64,000 nt of DNA from Mayamaea pseudoterrestris (Eukaryota): the NCBI GenBank assembly GCA_027923505.1, contig BROI01000008.1, forward strand, positions 62,001 to 126,000, written 5' to 3'. Under the pieces are notes generated by a model, which did no database searches, was not told the DNA's origin, and worked only from the letters and a program-made list of their open reading frames with translations. Position numbers and translations under genes: made by a program. Of this stretch, positions 45,201 through 60,056 are shown piece by piece; position 1 is the first letter of the stretch; every line of letters starts with the position of its first letter.

Positions 45201-48200
45201 ATAAGGATGGTCTGAAATGGTGCAAAACGGACTGCCTGGAGGCCTACACCATCTGCAAAATGGGTCTGGCCAACACCCCAAATTATGGAATCATACCACT
45301 ACAATGCCCCGTCCCCTGATCACCCAACAACCCAATGAGTCATGCAAAACATGTCCAGGGTGTGCCATTGACATGAGGATGGTCTGACATGGTACAAAAC
45401 GGACTGCCTGGAGGCCTACAGCATGGAATGATCTACAAGATGGGTGTAGCCAACACCCCAAATTATGGAATCATACCACTACAATGCCCCATGCCATGGC
45501 CACCCAACAACCCAATGAGTCAGGCACAACATGTCCAGGGTGTGCCATTGACATGAAGATGGGCTGAAATGGTGCAAAACGGACTGATTGGAGGCCTACA
45601 CCATCTGCAAAATGGGTGTGGCCAACACCCCAAATTATGGAATCATACCACTACAATGCCCCGTCCCCTGATCACCCAACAACCCAATGAGTCATGCAAA
45701 ACATGTCCAGGGTGTGCCATTAACATGAGGATGGTCTGACATGGTACAAAACGGACTGCCTGGAGGCCTACAGCATGGAATGGTCTACAAGATGGGTGTG
45801 GCCAACACCCCAAATTATGGAATCATACCACTACAATGCCCCATGCCCTGGCCACCCAACAATCCAAAGAGTCAGGCAAAACATGTCCAGGGTGTGTCAT
45901 TGACATGAGGATGGGCTAAAATGGTGCAAAACGGACTGGCTGGAGGCCTACACCATCTGCAAAATGGGTGTGGCCAACACCCCAAATTATGGAATCATAC
46001 CACTACAATGCCCCGTCCCCTGATCACCCAACAACCCAATGAGTCATGCAAAACATGTCCAGGGTGTGCCATTGACATGAGGATGGGCTGACATGGTACA
46101 AAACGGACTGCCTGGAGGCCTACAGCATGGAATGGTCTACAAGATGGGTGTGGCCAACACCCCAAATTATGGAATCATACCACTACAATGCCCCGTCCCC
46201 TGATCACCCAACAACCCAATGAGTCATGCAAAACATGTCCAGGGTGTGCCATTGACATGAGGATGGGCTGAAATGGTTTAAAACGGACTGCCTGGAGGCC
46301 TACACCATCTGCAAAATGGGTGTGGCCAACACCCCAAATTATGGAATCATACCACTACAATGCCCCGTCCCCTGATCACCCAACAACCCAATGAGTCATG
46401 CAAAACATGTCCAGGGTGTGCCATTGACATGAGGATGGGCTGAAATGGTGCAAAACGGACTGCCTGGAGGCCTACACCATCTGCAAAATGGGTGTGGCCA
46501 ACACCCCAAATTATGGAATCATACCACTACAATGCCCCGTGCCCTGGTCACCCAACAACCCAATGAGTCATGCAAAACATGTCCAGGGTGTGCCATTGAC
46601 ATGAGGATGGGCTGAAATGGTGCAAAACGGACTGCCTGGAGGCCTACACCATCTGCAAAATGGGTGTGGCCAACACCCCAAATTATGGAATCATACCACT
46701 ACAATGCCCCGTCCCCTGATCACCCAACAACCCAATGAGTCATGCAAAACATGTCCAGGGTGTGCCATTGACATGAGGATGGTCTGACATGGTACAAAAC
46801 GGACTGCCTGGAGGCCTACACCATCTGCAAAATGGGTGTGGCCAACACCCCAAATTATGGAATCATACCACTACAATGCCCCATGCCCTGGCCACCCAAC
46901 AACCCAATGAGTCAGGCAAAACATGTCCAGGGTGTGCCATTGACATGAGGATGGGCTGAAATGGTGCAAAACGGACTGCCTGGAGGCCTACACCATCTGC
47001 AAAATGGGTGTGGCCAACACCCCAAATATGGAATCATACCACTACAATGCCCCGTCCCCTGATCACCCAACAACCCAATGAGTCATGCAAAACATGTCAG
47101 GGTGTGCCATTGACATGAGGATGGTCTGACATGGTACAAAACGGACTGCCTGGAGGCCTACAGCATGGAATGGTCTACAAGATGGGTGTGGCCAACACCC
47201 CAAATTATGGAATCATACCACTACAATGCCCCATGCCCTGGCCACCCAACAACCCAATGAATCAGGCCAAACATGTCCAAGGTGTGCCATTGACATGAGG
47301 ATGGGCTGAAATGGTGCAAAACGGACTGCCTGGAGGCCTACACCATCTGCAAAATGGGTGTGGCCAACACCCCAAATTATGGAATCATACCACTACAATG
47401 CCCCGTCCCCTGATCACCCAACAACCCAATGAGTCATGCAAAACATGTCCAGGGTGTGCCATTGACATGAGGATGGTCTGACATGGTACAAAACGGACTG
47501 CCTGGAGGCTTACAGCATGGAATGGTCTACAAGATGGGTGTGGCCAACACCCCAAATTATGGAATCATACCACTACAATGCCCCATGCCCTGGCCACCCA
47601 ACAACCCAATGAGTCAGGCAAAACATGTCCAGGGTGTGCCATTGACATGAGGATGGGCTGAAATGGTGCAAAACGGACTGCCTGGAGGCCTACACCATCT
47701 GCAAAATGGGTGTGGCCAACACCCCAAATTATGGAATCATACCACTACAATGCCCCGTCCCCTGATCACCCAACAACCCAATGAGTCATGCAAAACATGT
47801 CCAGGGTGTGCCATTGACATGAGGATGGTCTGACATGGTACAAAACGGACTGCCTGGAGGCCTACAGCATGGAATGGTCTACAAGATGGGTGTGGCCAAC
47901 ACCCCAAAATGCCCTGGCCACCCAACAATCCAATGAGTCAGGCAAAACATGTCCAGGGTGTGCCATTGACATGAGGATGGGCTAAAATGGTGCAAAACGG
48001 ACTGCCTGGAGGCCTACACCATCTGCAAGATGGTGGCCAACACCCCACATTAATACTGGAATCATACCACTACAATGCCCCGTCCCCCGTCCCCCCAACA
48101 ACCCAATGTGTCAGGCACAACATGTCCAGGGTGTGCCATTGACATGAGGATGGAGCTGAAATGGTGCAAAGCGGACTGCCTGGAGGCCTACAGCACTGCA

Positions 48201-51200
48201 AGATGGGGTGGCCACCACCCCCAAATTAATGGGATCATACCACTACAATGCGTCCCTGGCCCCCCCCCAATGGGTCAGGCAACAACATGTCCAGGGTGTG
48301 CCATTGACATGATGGGCTGACATGGTGCCAAAGCGGACTGCCTGGAGGCCTACATGGATGGTCTGCAAGTGTGGGCACACATTATGGAATCATCACTACA
48401 ATGCCCCGTCTCGCCCACCAGGGCAATGGAGTCAGAGAACAACGCATGTCAGGGTGTGCCATTGACATCGGATGGGCTGAAATGGTGACAAAGCGGACTG
48501 CCTGGAGGCCTACAGCATGGAATGGTCTACAAGATGGAGTGTGGCCAACACCCCAAATTATGGAATCATACCACTACAATGCCTGCCCCCAGCAACCCAA
48601 TGAGTCCGGGCACAACATGTCAGGGTGTGCCATTGACATAGAGATGAGGCTGAAATGGTGCAAAACGGACTGCCTGGGAGGCCTACACCATCTGCAAAAT
48701 GGGTGTGGCCAACACCGCAAATTATGGAATCATACCACTACAATGCCCCGTCCTCTGATCACCCAACAACCCAATGAGTCATACAAAAACATGTAGGGTG
48801 TGCCATTGACATGAGGATGGGCTGTATAATACAAAGCGGACTGCCTGGGGCCTACGGCATGGAATGGTCTACAAGATGGGTGTGCCACCCCCCGAAATTA
48901 TGGAATCATACCACTGCAATGCCCCATGCCCTGGCCACCCAACACAATGGGTCAGGCAAAACATGTCCAGGGTGTGCCATTGACATGAGGATGGGCTGAA
49001 ATGGTGCAAAAGCAGGACTGCCTGGAGGCCTACACCATCATAAATGGGTGTGGCCAACACCACAAGTATGGGGTTACCTACAATGCCCCGTCTGTCACCC
49101 GAACAACCCAATGAGTCATACCAAAAACATGTCCAGGGTGTGCCATTGACATGAGGATGGTCTGACACCAAATTATGGAATCATACCACTATTAATGCTC
49201 ATGCCTGGCTACCCAACAACCCAATGCTGCCAGGTAAAACATGTTCCAGGTGTGCCATTGACATGAGGATGGGCTGAAATGGTGCAAACGGACTGCCTGG
49301 AGGTCTACACTATCTGCAAATGGTAAATGTGATCATACTACTACAATGCTCGTCCCGATCACCCAACAAAGGAGTCATGCAAAACATGTCCAGGTTGTGC
49401 CATTGACATGAGGATGGTCTGACATGGTACCAAACGGACTGTCTGGAGGCCTACAGCATCGAATTGTCTACAAGATGGGTGTGGCCAACACCCCAAATTT
49501 TGGAATCATACCACTACAATGCCCTGTCCTCTGGTCACCAAAAGTCATGCAAAACATGTCCAGGTGTGCGATATGAGGATGGTCTGACTAAAAAAAGGTC
49601 AGTGTGGAACACATTGTGGAATCACATTTCCAATGTCATCCGGCAAACAAAAATGAGTCAGGCAAAACATGTCCAGGGGTGTGCCAGACAGAGAGAATCT
49701 GAATGGTACAAAAGGCTAAAGCAAGATGCGGCAAAATGCCAACAAATCCTATGCTCGGCCACCCAACAAATAACTGAGTCCGAAAAATGTCCAGGGTGTG
49801 CGACATGAGGATGGGCTGAAATGAAGAAGAGATTGCGGAGGCTCACACCATCTGCAAAAGGTGTGGCTAACACCCCAATTATGGAATCATACCACCACAA
49901 TGCCCCGCCCCTCGATCATCAACAACCAAAGTCAGCAGGGGGTGATTGACAGAGGGATGGTTGGATTATACAAAATGGACGAGTCAGGGATGGTACAAGA
50001 TGGGTGTGGCCAAACCCAAGCGAATCATACCACACAATGCCATGCTGGCACAAACAATGAGTCAGGAAAAAGTCCAGGGTGTGCGGATAGGGGATGGGCT
50101 GAATAGGATGGAGGCCAAACAAAATGGGTGTACAACACCCAAATGGAAGTCATACCACACAATGCCGTCCCCTGATCACCCAACAACCAATGAGTCATGC
50201 AAAATATGTCCAGGGAATAAGAGGATGGTGACATGGTACAAAACGGACTGCCAAGCAGGAATGGTAAGATGGGTGTGGTCAACACCCCAAATTATGGAAT
50301 CATACCACTACAATGCCCCATACCCTGGCCAAACAACAACCCAATGAGTCAGGCAAACATGTCCAGGGTGTAGTCTAATATGGGATGGGCAATTGCAAAC
50401 GACGCTGGAGGCTCACACTCTGCAAAATGTTGGCCAAACCAAATGGAATCAACACAACCTGAACAAAACGAGTAACGGTGTGCTAATGAAGAGGAGTCTG
50501 ACATGGTACAAAACGGACGGAGGCCACAGATGGAATGGTTTACAAGATGGGTGTGCCAACCCCAAAATGAAAGGCACCAACAACAGAGAGGCAAAATGTC
50601 CAGGGTGTGCTATTGACATGAGGATGGGTTGAAATGGTGCAAAGAATGCGGAGGCTACACCATTAAATGGTTGGCCACACCCAAATGGAATCATCAATGT
50701 CCCTGATACCAAAACCCAAGAGTCAGTGCAAAAGTCAGGGTTGCCATTGACAGAGGATGGTCTGACATGGTACAAAACGGATGCTGGAGGCCTACAGCAT
50801 GAATGGTCACAAGATGGGTGTGCCAACCCAAATTATGGAATCATACCAAAATGCCCCATGCCTGGCCACCCAACAACCCAATGAGTCAGGCAAACATGTC
50901 CAGGGTGTGCCATGACATGAGGATGGGCTGAAATGGTAAAACGGATGCCTGGAGGCCTACACTAAAATGGTGTGGCCAACAAAAATATGGAATCATACAA
51001 CAAATGCCCCGTCCCCTGATCACCCAACAACCCAATGAGTCATGCAAAACATGTCCAGGGTGTGCCATTGACATGAGGATGGTCTGACATGGTACAAAAC
51101 AGACTGCCTGGAGGACCGGAACGAAAGTCCACAAGATGGGTGTGGTTAACACCCCAAATAATATACAATCCATGCGGCCGCCCAACAACCAATGATAGGC

Positions 51201-54200
51201 AAAACATGTCAGGGTGTGCCATGGAATGGGATGGGCGAATTGAAGGGAGGCACACCAGAAATGGGTGTGGCCAACACCCAAATTATGGAATCAACCACTA
51301 AATGCCCGTCCCCGATCACCAACAACCATGAAATCGGGTGCCATTGAATGAGGATGGTCTGACATGGTACAAAACGGATGCCTGGAGGCTAAGCATGAAT
51401 GGTCTACAAGATGGTGTGGCCCCCGCCACCCAACAACAATGAGTCGGCAAAACATTCAGGGTGTGATTGAATGAGATGGGTGAAATGGTGCAAAACGGAC
51501 TGCTGAGGCTACACATCTGCAAAATGTGTGGCCAACACCCAATGTGGAATCATACCACTACAATGCCGCTGATACCAAAACCCAATGAGTCATGCAAAAA
51601 TGTCAGGGTGTGATTACAAGGATGGTCTGACATGGTACAAAAACGGACTGCCTGGAGGCCTACAGCATGGAATGATTACAAGAGGGTGTGGCCAACACCA
51701 AATATGGAATCATACACTACAATGCCCCATGCCCTGGCCACCCAACAACCCAAGAGTCGGGCAAAAATGTCCAGGGTGTGCCATTGACAAGGATGGGCTG
51801 AAATGGTGCAAAACGGATGCGGAGGTAAAAAATGAAATAAAAAAGCGGATCACAAAACAATGAGTAAACGAAAAGTCAGGGTGTGATTGATTGAGGGATG
51901 GTCTATTAGGACAAAACGGATCGCCTGGAGGCCTACAGCATGGTGGCCAAACCAGACCATACAATGCCCCATGCCCTGGCCACCCAACAACCAATGAGTG
52001 GCAAAACATGTCCGGGTGTGCCATTGACATGAGGATGGGCTGAAATGGTGCAAAACGGACTGCCTGGAGGCCTACACATCTGCAAAAGGGTGTGGCCAAA
52101 CGCAAATTATGGAATCATACCACTACAAGCCCTGATCACCCAACAACCCAATGAGTCAGGCAAAACATGTCCAGGGTGTGCCATTGACATGAGGATGGTC
52201 TGACAGGAGGCTTACAGCATGGAATGGTCTACAAGATGGGTGTGGCCAACACCCCAAATTATGGAATCATACCACTACAATGCCCCATGCCCTGGCCACC
52301 CAACAACCCAATGAGTCAGGCAAAACATGTCCAGGGTGTGCCATTGACATGAGGATGGGCTGAAATGGTGCAAAAAGGACTGCCTGGAGGCTGACACCAT
52401 CTGCAAAATGGGTGTGGCCAACACCGCAAATTATGGAATCATACCACTACAATGCCCCGTCCCCTGATCACCCAACAACCCAATGAGTCATGCAAAACAT
52501 GTCCAGGGTGTGCCACTGACACGAGGATGGTCTGGCATGGTACAAAACGGACTGCCTGGAGGCCAACGCATGGAATGGTCTACAAGATGGGTGTGGCCAA
52601 CACCCCAAATTATGGAATCATACCACTACAATGCCCCATGCTCTGGCCACCCAACAACCCAATGAGTCAGGCAAAACATGTCCAGGGTGTGCCATTGACA
52701 TGAGGATGGGCTGAAATGGTGCAAAACGGACTGCCTGGAGGCTTACACCATCTGCAAAATGGGTGTGGCCAACACCGCAAATTATGGAATCATACCACTA
52801 CAATGCCCCCGCCCCTGATCACCCAACAACCCAATGAGTCATGCAAACATGTCCAGGGTGTGCCATTGACATGAGGATGGTCTGACATGGTACAAAACGG
52901 ACTGCCTGGAGGCCTACAGCATGGAATGGTCTACAAGATGGGTGTGGCCAACACCCCAAATTATGGAATCATACCACTACAATGCCCCATGCCCTGGCCA
53001 CCCAACAACCCAATGAGTCAGGCAAAACATGTCCAGGGTGTGCCATTGACATGAGGATGGGCTGAAATGGTGCAAAACGGACTGCCTGGAGGCCTACACC
53101 ATCTGCAAAATGGGTGTGGCCAACACCGCAAATTATGGAATCATACCACTACAATGCCCCATGCCCTGACCACCCAACAACCCAATGAGTCAGGCAAAAC
53201 ATGTCCAGGGTGTGCCATTGACATGAGGATGGTCTGACATGGTACAAACGGACTGCCTGGAGGCCTACAGCATGGAATGGTCTACAAGATGGGTGTGGCC
53301 AACACCCCAAATTATGGAATCATACCACTACAATGCCCCATGCCCTGGCCACCCAACAACCCAATGAGTCAGGCAAAACATGTCCAGGGTGTGCCATTGA
53401 CATGAGGATGGTCTGAAATGGTGCAAAACGGACTGCCTGGAGGCCTACACCATGACGGGGTGTGGCCAACACCCCAAATTATGGAATCATACCACTACAA
53501 TGCCCCATGCCCTGACCACCCAACAACCCAATGAGTCATGCAAAACATGTCCAGGGTGTGCCATTGACATGAGGATGGTCTGACATGGTACAAAACGGAC
53601 TGCCTGGAGGCCTACAGCATGGTATCGGCAGCAAGATGGGTGTGGCCAACACCCCAAATTATGGAATCATACCACTACAATGCCCCATGCCCTGGCCACC
53701 CAACAACCCAATGAGTCAGGCAAAACATGTCCAGGGTGTGCCATTGACATGAGGATGGGCTGAAATGGTGCAAAACGGACTGCCTGGAGGCCTACACCAT
53801 CTGCAAATGGGTGTGGCCAACACCCCAAATTATGGAATCATACCACTACAATGCCCCGTCCCCTGATCACCCAACAACCCAATGAGTCATGCAAAACATG
53901 TCCAGGGTGTGCCATTGACATGAGGATGGTCTGACATGGTACAAAACGGACTGCCTGAGGCCAACAGCATGGAATGGTCTACAAGATGGGTGTGGCCAAC
54001 ACCCCAAATTATGGAATCATACCACTACAATGCCCCATGCCCTGGCCACCCAACAACCCAATGAGTCAGGCAAAACATGTCCAGGGTGTGCCATTGACAT
54101 GAGGATGGGCTGAAATGGTGCAAAACGGACTGCCTGGAGGCCTACACCATCTGCAAAATGGGTGTGGCCAACACCCCAAATTATGGAATCATACCACTAC

Positions 54201-57200
54201 AATGCCCCGTCCCCTGATCACCCAACAACCCAATGAGTCATGCAAAACATGTCCAGGGTGTGCCATTGACATGAGGATGGTCTGACATGGTACAAAACGG
54301 ACTGCCTGGAGGCCTACAGCATGGAATGGTCTACAAGATGGGTGTGGCCAACACCCCAAATTATGGAATCATACCACTACAATGCCCCATGCCCTGGCCA
54401 CCCAACAACCCAATGAGTCAGGCACAACATGTCCAGGGTGTGCCATTGACATGCGGATGGGCTGATTTGGGGCAAAACGGACTGCCTGGAGGCCTACACC
54501 ATCTGCAAAATGGGTGTGGCCAACACCCCAAATTATGGAATCATACCACTACAATGCCCCGTCCCCGGATCACCCAACAACCCAATGAGTCATGCAAAAC
54601 ATGTCCAGGGTGTGCCATTGACATGAGGATGGTCTGACATGGTACAAAACGGACTGCCTGGAGGCCTACAGCATGGAATGGTCTACAAGATGGGTGTGGC
54701 CAACACCCCAAATTATGGAATCATACCACTACAATGCCCCATGCCCTGGCCACCCAACAACCCAATGAGTCAGGCAAAACATGTCCAGGGTGTGCCATTG
54801 ACATGAGGATGGGCTGAAATGGTGCAAAACGGACTGCCTGGAGGCCTACACCATCCGCAAAATGGGTGTGGCCAACACCCCAAATTATGGAATCATCCAC
54901 TCAATGCCCCGCCCCTGATCACCCAACAACCCAATGAGTCAGAAAAATGTCGGGTGTGCATGATGAGTGGTTGAAATGGTACAAAACGGACTGCCGGAGG
55001 CCTACGATGAAGGTACAAGATGGGTGTGGCCAACACCCCAAATTATGGAATCATACCACTACAATGCCCCGTGCCCTGGCCACCCAACAACCCAATGAGT
55101 CAGGCAAAACATGTCCAGGGGTGCCATTGACATGAGGATGGGCTGAAATGGTGCAAAACGGACTGCCTGAGGCCTCGCAAAATGGGTGTGGCCAACACCC
55201 CAAATTTTGGAATCATACCACTACAATGCCCCGTCCCCTGATCACCCAACAACCCAATGAGTCATGCAAAACATGTCCAGGGTGTGCCATTGACATGAGG
55301 ATGGTCTGACATGGTACAAAACGGACTGCCTGGAGGCCTACAGCATGGAATGGCTCCACAAGATGGGTGTGGCCAACACCCCAAATTATGGAATCATACC
55401 ACTACAATGCCCCATGCCCTGGCCACCCAACAACCCAATGAGTCAGGCAAAACATGTCCAGGGTGTGCCATTGACATGAGGATGGGCTGAAATGGTGCAA
55501 AACGGATTGCCTGGAGGCCTACACTATCTGCAAAATGGGTGTGGCCAACACCCCAAATTATGGAATCATACCACACAATGCCTGCCCCTGATCACCCAAC
55601 AACCCAATGAGTCATGCAAAACATGTCCAGGGTGTGCCATTGACATGAGGATGGTCTGACAGGTACAAAACGGACTGCCTGGAGGCCTACAGCATGGAAT
55701 GGTCTACAAGATGGGTGTGGCCAACACCCTAAATTATGGAATCATACCACTACAATGCCCCATGCCCCGGCCACCCAACAACCCAATGAGTCAGGCAAAA
55801 CACATTCAGGGTGTGCCATTGACATGAGGATGGGCTGAAATGGTGCAAAACGGACTGCCTGGAGGCCACACCATCTGAAAATGGGTGTGGCCAACACCCC
55901 AAATTAGGAATCATACCACTACAATGCCCCGTCCCTGATCACCCAACAACCAATGAGTCATGCAAAACATGTCCAGGGTGTGCCATTACATGGGATGGTA
56001 GCAAAACGGACTGCGGAGGCCTACCTGGAAGGTCTACAAGATGGGTGTGGCCAACACCCCAAATTATGGAATCATACCATAGCTACATGCCCCATGCCCT
56101 GGCCACCCAACAACCCAATGATCAGGCAAAACATGTCCAGGTGTGCCATTGACATGAGGATGGGCTGAATGGTGCAAAACGGATGCCTGGAGGCCTACAC
56201 CATCTGCAAATGGGTGTGGCCAACACCCCAAAATATGGAATCATACCACTACAATGCCCCGTCCCCTGATCACCCAACAACCCAATGAGTCATGCAAAAC
56301 ATGTCCAGGGTGTGCCATTGACATGAGGATGGTCTGACATGGTACAAAACGGACTGCCTGGAGGCCTACAGCATGGAATGGTCTACAAGATGGGTGTGGC
56401 CAACACCCCAAATTATGGAATCATACCACTACAATGCCCCATGCCCTGGCCACCCAACAACCCAAGAGTCAGGCAAAACATGTCCAGGGTGTGCCATTGA
56501 CATGAGGATGGGCTGAAATGGTGCAAAACGGACTGCCTGGAGGCCTACACCATCTGCAAATGGGTGTGGCCAACACCCCAAATTATGGAATCATACCACT
56601 ACAATGCCCCGTCCCCTGATCACCCAACAACCCAATGAGTCATGCAAAACATGTCCAGGGTGTGCCATTGACATGAGGATGGTCTGACATGGTACAAAAA
56701 GACTGCCTGGAGGCCTACAGCATGGAATGGTCTACAAGATGGGTGTGGCCAACACCCCAAATTATGGAATCATACCACTACAATGCCCCATGCCCTGGCC
56801 ACCCAACAACCCAATGAGTCAGGCAAAACATGTCCAGGGTGTGCCATTGACATGAGGATGGGCTGAAATGGTGCAAAACGGACTGCCTGGAGGCCTACAC
56901 CATCTGCAAAATGGGTGTGGCCAGCACCCCAAATTATGGAATCATACCACTACAATGCCCCGTCCCCTGATCACCCAACAACCCAATGAGTCATGCAAAA
57001 CATGTCCAGGGTGTGCCATTGACATGAGGATGGTCTGACATGGTACAAAACGGACTGCCTGGAGGCCTACAGCATCTGCAAAATGGGTGTGGCCAACACC
57101 CCAAATTATGGAATCATACCACTACAATGCCCCATCCCCTGGCCACCCAACAACCCAATGAGTCAGGCAAAACATGTCCAGGGTGTGCCATTGACATGAG

Positions 57201-60056
57201 GATGGGCTGAAATGGTGCAAAACGGACTGCCTGGAGGCCTACACCATCTGCAAAATGGGTGTGGCCAACACCCCAAATTATGGAATCTTACCACTACAAT
57301 GCCCCGTCCCCTGATCACCCAACAACCCAATGAGTCATGCAAAACATGTCCAGGGTGTGCCATTGACATGAGGATGGTCTGACATGGTACAAAACGGACT
57401 GCCTGGAGGCCTACAGCATGGAATGGTCTACAAGATGGGTGTGGCCAACACCCCAAATTATGGAATCATACCACTACAATGCCCCATGCCCTGGCCACCC
57501 AACAACCCAATGAGTCAGGCAAAACATGTCCAGGGTGTGCCATTGACATGAGGATGGGCTGAAATGGTGCAAAACGGACTGCCTGGAGGCCTACACCATC
57601 TGCAAAATGGGTGTGGCCAACACCCCAAATTATGGAATCATACCACTACAATGCCCCGTCCCCTGATCACCCAACAACCCAATGAGTCATGCAAAACATG
57701 TCCAGGGTGTGCCATTGACACGAGGATGGTCTGACATGGTACAAAACGGACTGCCTGGAGGCCTACAGCATGGAATGGTCTACAAGATGGGTGTGGCCAA
57801 CACCCCAAATTATGGAATCATACCACTACAATGCCCCATGCCCTGGCCACCCAACAACCCAATGAGTCAGGCAAAACATGTCCAGGGTGTGCCATTGACA
57901 TGAGGATGGGCTGAAATGGTGCAAAACGGACTGCCTGGAGGCCTACACCATCTGCAAAATGGGTGTGGCCAACACCCCAAATTATGGAATCATACCATTA
58001 CAATGCCCCTTCCCCTTATCACCCAACAACCCAATGAGTCATGCAAAACATGTCCAGGGTGTGCCATTGACATGAGGATGGTCTGACATGGTACAAAACG
58101 GACTGCCTGGAGGCCTACAGCATGGAATGGTCTACAAGATGGGTGTGGCCAACACCCCAAATTATGGAATCATACCACTACAATGCCCCATGCCCTGGCC
58201 ACCCAACAACCCAATGAGTCATGCAAAACATGTCCAGGGTGTGCCATTGACATGAGGATGGGCGACAGGTGCAAAACGACGCCAGGCCACACCACGCAAA
58301 GCCAACACCCCAAATTAGGATCATACCACTACAATGCCCCACCCGTCACCCAACAACCCAATGAGTCAGGCAAAACATGTCCAGGGTGTGCCATTGACAT
58401 GAGGATGGTCTGACATGGTACAAAACGGACTGCCTGGAGGCCTACAGCATGGAATGGTCTACAAGATGGGTGTGGCCAACACCCCAAATTATGGACTCAT
58501 ACCACTACAATGCCCCATGCCCTGGCCACCCAACAACCCAATGAGTCAGGCAAAACATGTCCAGGGTGTGCCATTGACATGAGGATGGGCTGAAATGGTG
58601 CAAAACGGACTGCCTGGAGGCCTACACCATCTGCAAAATGGGTGTGGCCAACACCCCAAATTATGGAATCATACCACTACAATGCCCCGTTCCCTGATCA
58701 CCCAACAACCCAATGAGTCATGCAAAACATGTCCAGGGTGTGCCATTGACACGAGGATGGTCTGACATGGTACAAAACGGACTGCCTGGAGGCCTACAGC
58801 ATGGAATGGTCTACAAGATGGGTGTGGCCAACACCCCAAATTATGGAATCATACCACTACAATGCCCCATGCCCTGGCCACCCAACAACCCAATGAGTCA
58901 GGCAAAACATGTCCAGGGTGTGCCATTGACATGAGGATGGGCTGAAATGGTGCAAAACGGACTGCCTGGAGGCCTACACCATCTGCAAAATGGGTTGTGG
59001 CCAACACCCCAAATTATGGAATCATACCACTACAATGCCCCGTCCCTTGATCACCCAACAACCCAATGAGTCATGCAAAACATGTCCAGGGTGTGCCATT
59101 GACATGAGGATGGTCTGACATGGTACAAAACAGACTGCCTGGCAGCCTACAGCATGGAATGGTCTACAAGATGGGTGTGGCCAACACCCCAAATTATGGA
59201 CTCATACCACTACAATGCCCCATGCCCTGGCCACCCAACAACCCAATGAGTCAGGCAAAACATGTCCAGGGTGTGCCATTGACATGAGGATGGGCTGAAA
59301 TGGTGCAAAACGGACTGCCTGGAGGCCTACACCATCTGCAAAATGGGTGTGGCCAACACCCCAAATTATGGAATCATACCACTACAATGCCCCGTCCCCT
59401 GATCACCCAACAACCCAATGAGTCATGCAAAACATGTCCAGGGTGTGCCATTGACATGAGGATGGTCTGACATGGTACAAAACAGACTGCCTGGCAGCCT
59501 ACAGCATGGAATGGTCTACAAGATGGGTGTGGCCAACACCCCAAATTATGGAATCATACCACTACAATGCCCCATGCCCTGGCCACCCAACAACCCAATG
59601 AGTCAGGCAAAACATGTCCATGGTGTGCCATTGACATGAGGATGGGCTGAAATGGTGCAAAACGGACTGCCTGGAGGCCTACACCATCTGCAAAATGGGT
59701 GTGGCCAACACCCTGATCACCCAACAGCCCAATGAGTCATGCAAAACATGTCCAGGGTGTGCCATTGACATGAGGATGGTCTGACATGGTACAAAACGGA
59801 CTGCCTGGAGGCCTACAGCATGGAATGGTCTACAAGATGGGTATGGCCAACACCCCAAATTATGGAATCATACCACTACAATGCCCCATGCCCTGGCCAC
59901 CCAACAACCCAATGAGTCAGGCAAAACATGTCCAGGGTGTGCCATTGACATGAGGATGGGCTGAAATGGTGCAAAACGGACTGCCTGGAAGGCCTACACC
60001 ATCTGCAAAACGGGTGTGGCCAACACCCCAAATTATGGAATCATACCACTACAATG
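42202..60056. repeat. Satellite A: about 100 tandem monomers of 180 and 172 bp, largely as a 352-bp dimer
   Basis: Unit GGGTGTGCCATTGACATGAGGATGG...CCAAATTATGGAATCATACCACTACAATGCCCC...CCCAATGAGTCA. Spacings: 43981->44161 = 180, 44161->44333 = 172, 54061->54413 = 352. Confidence 0.98.
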
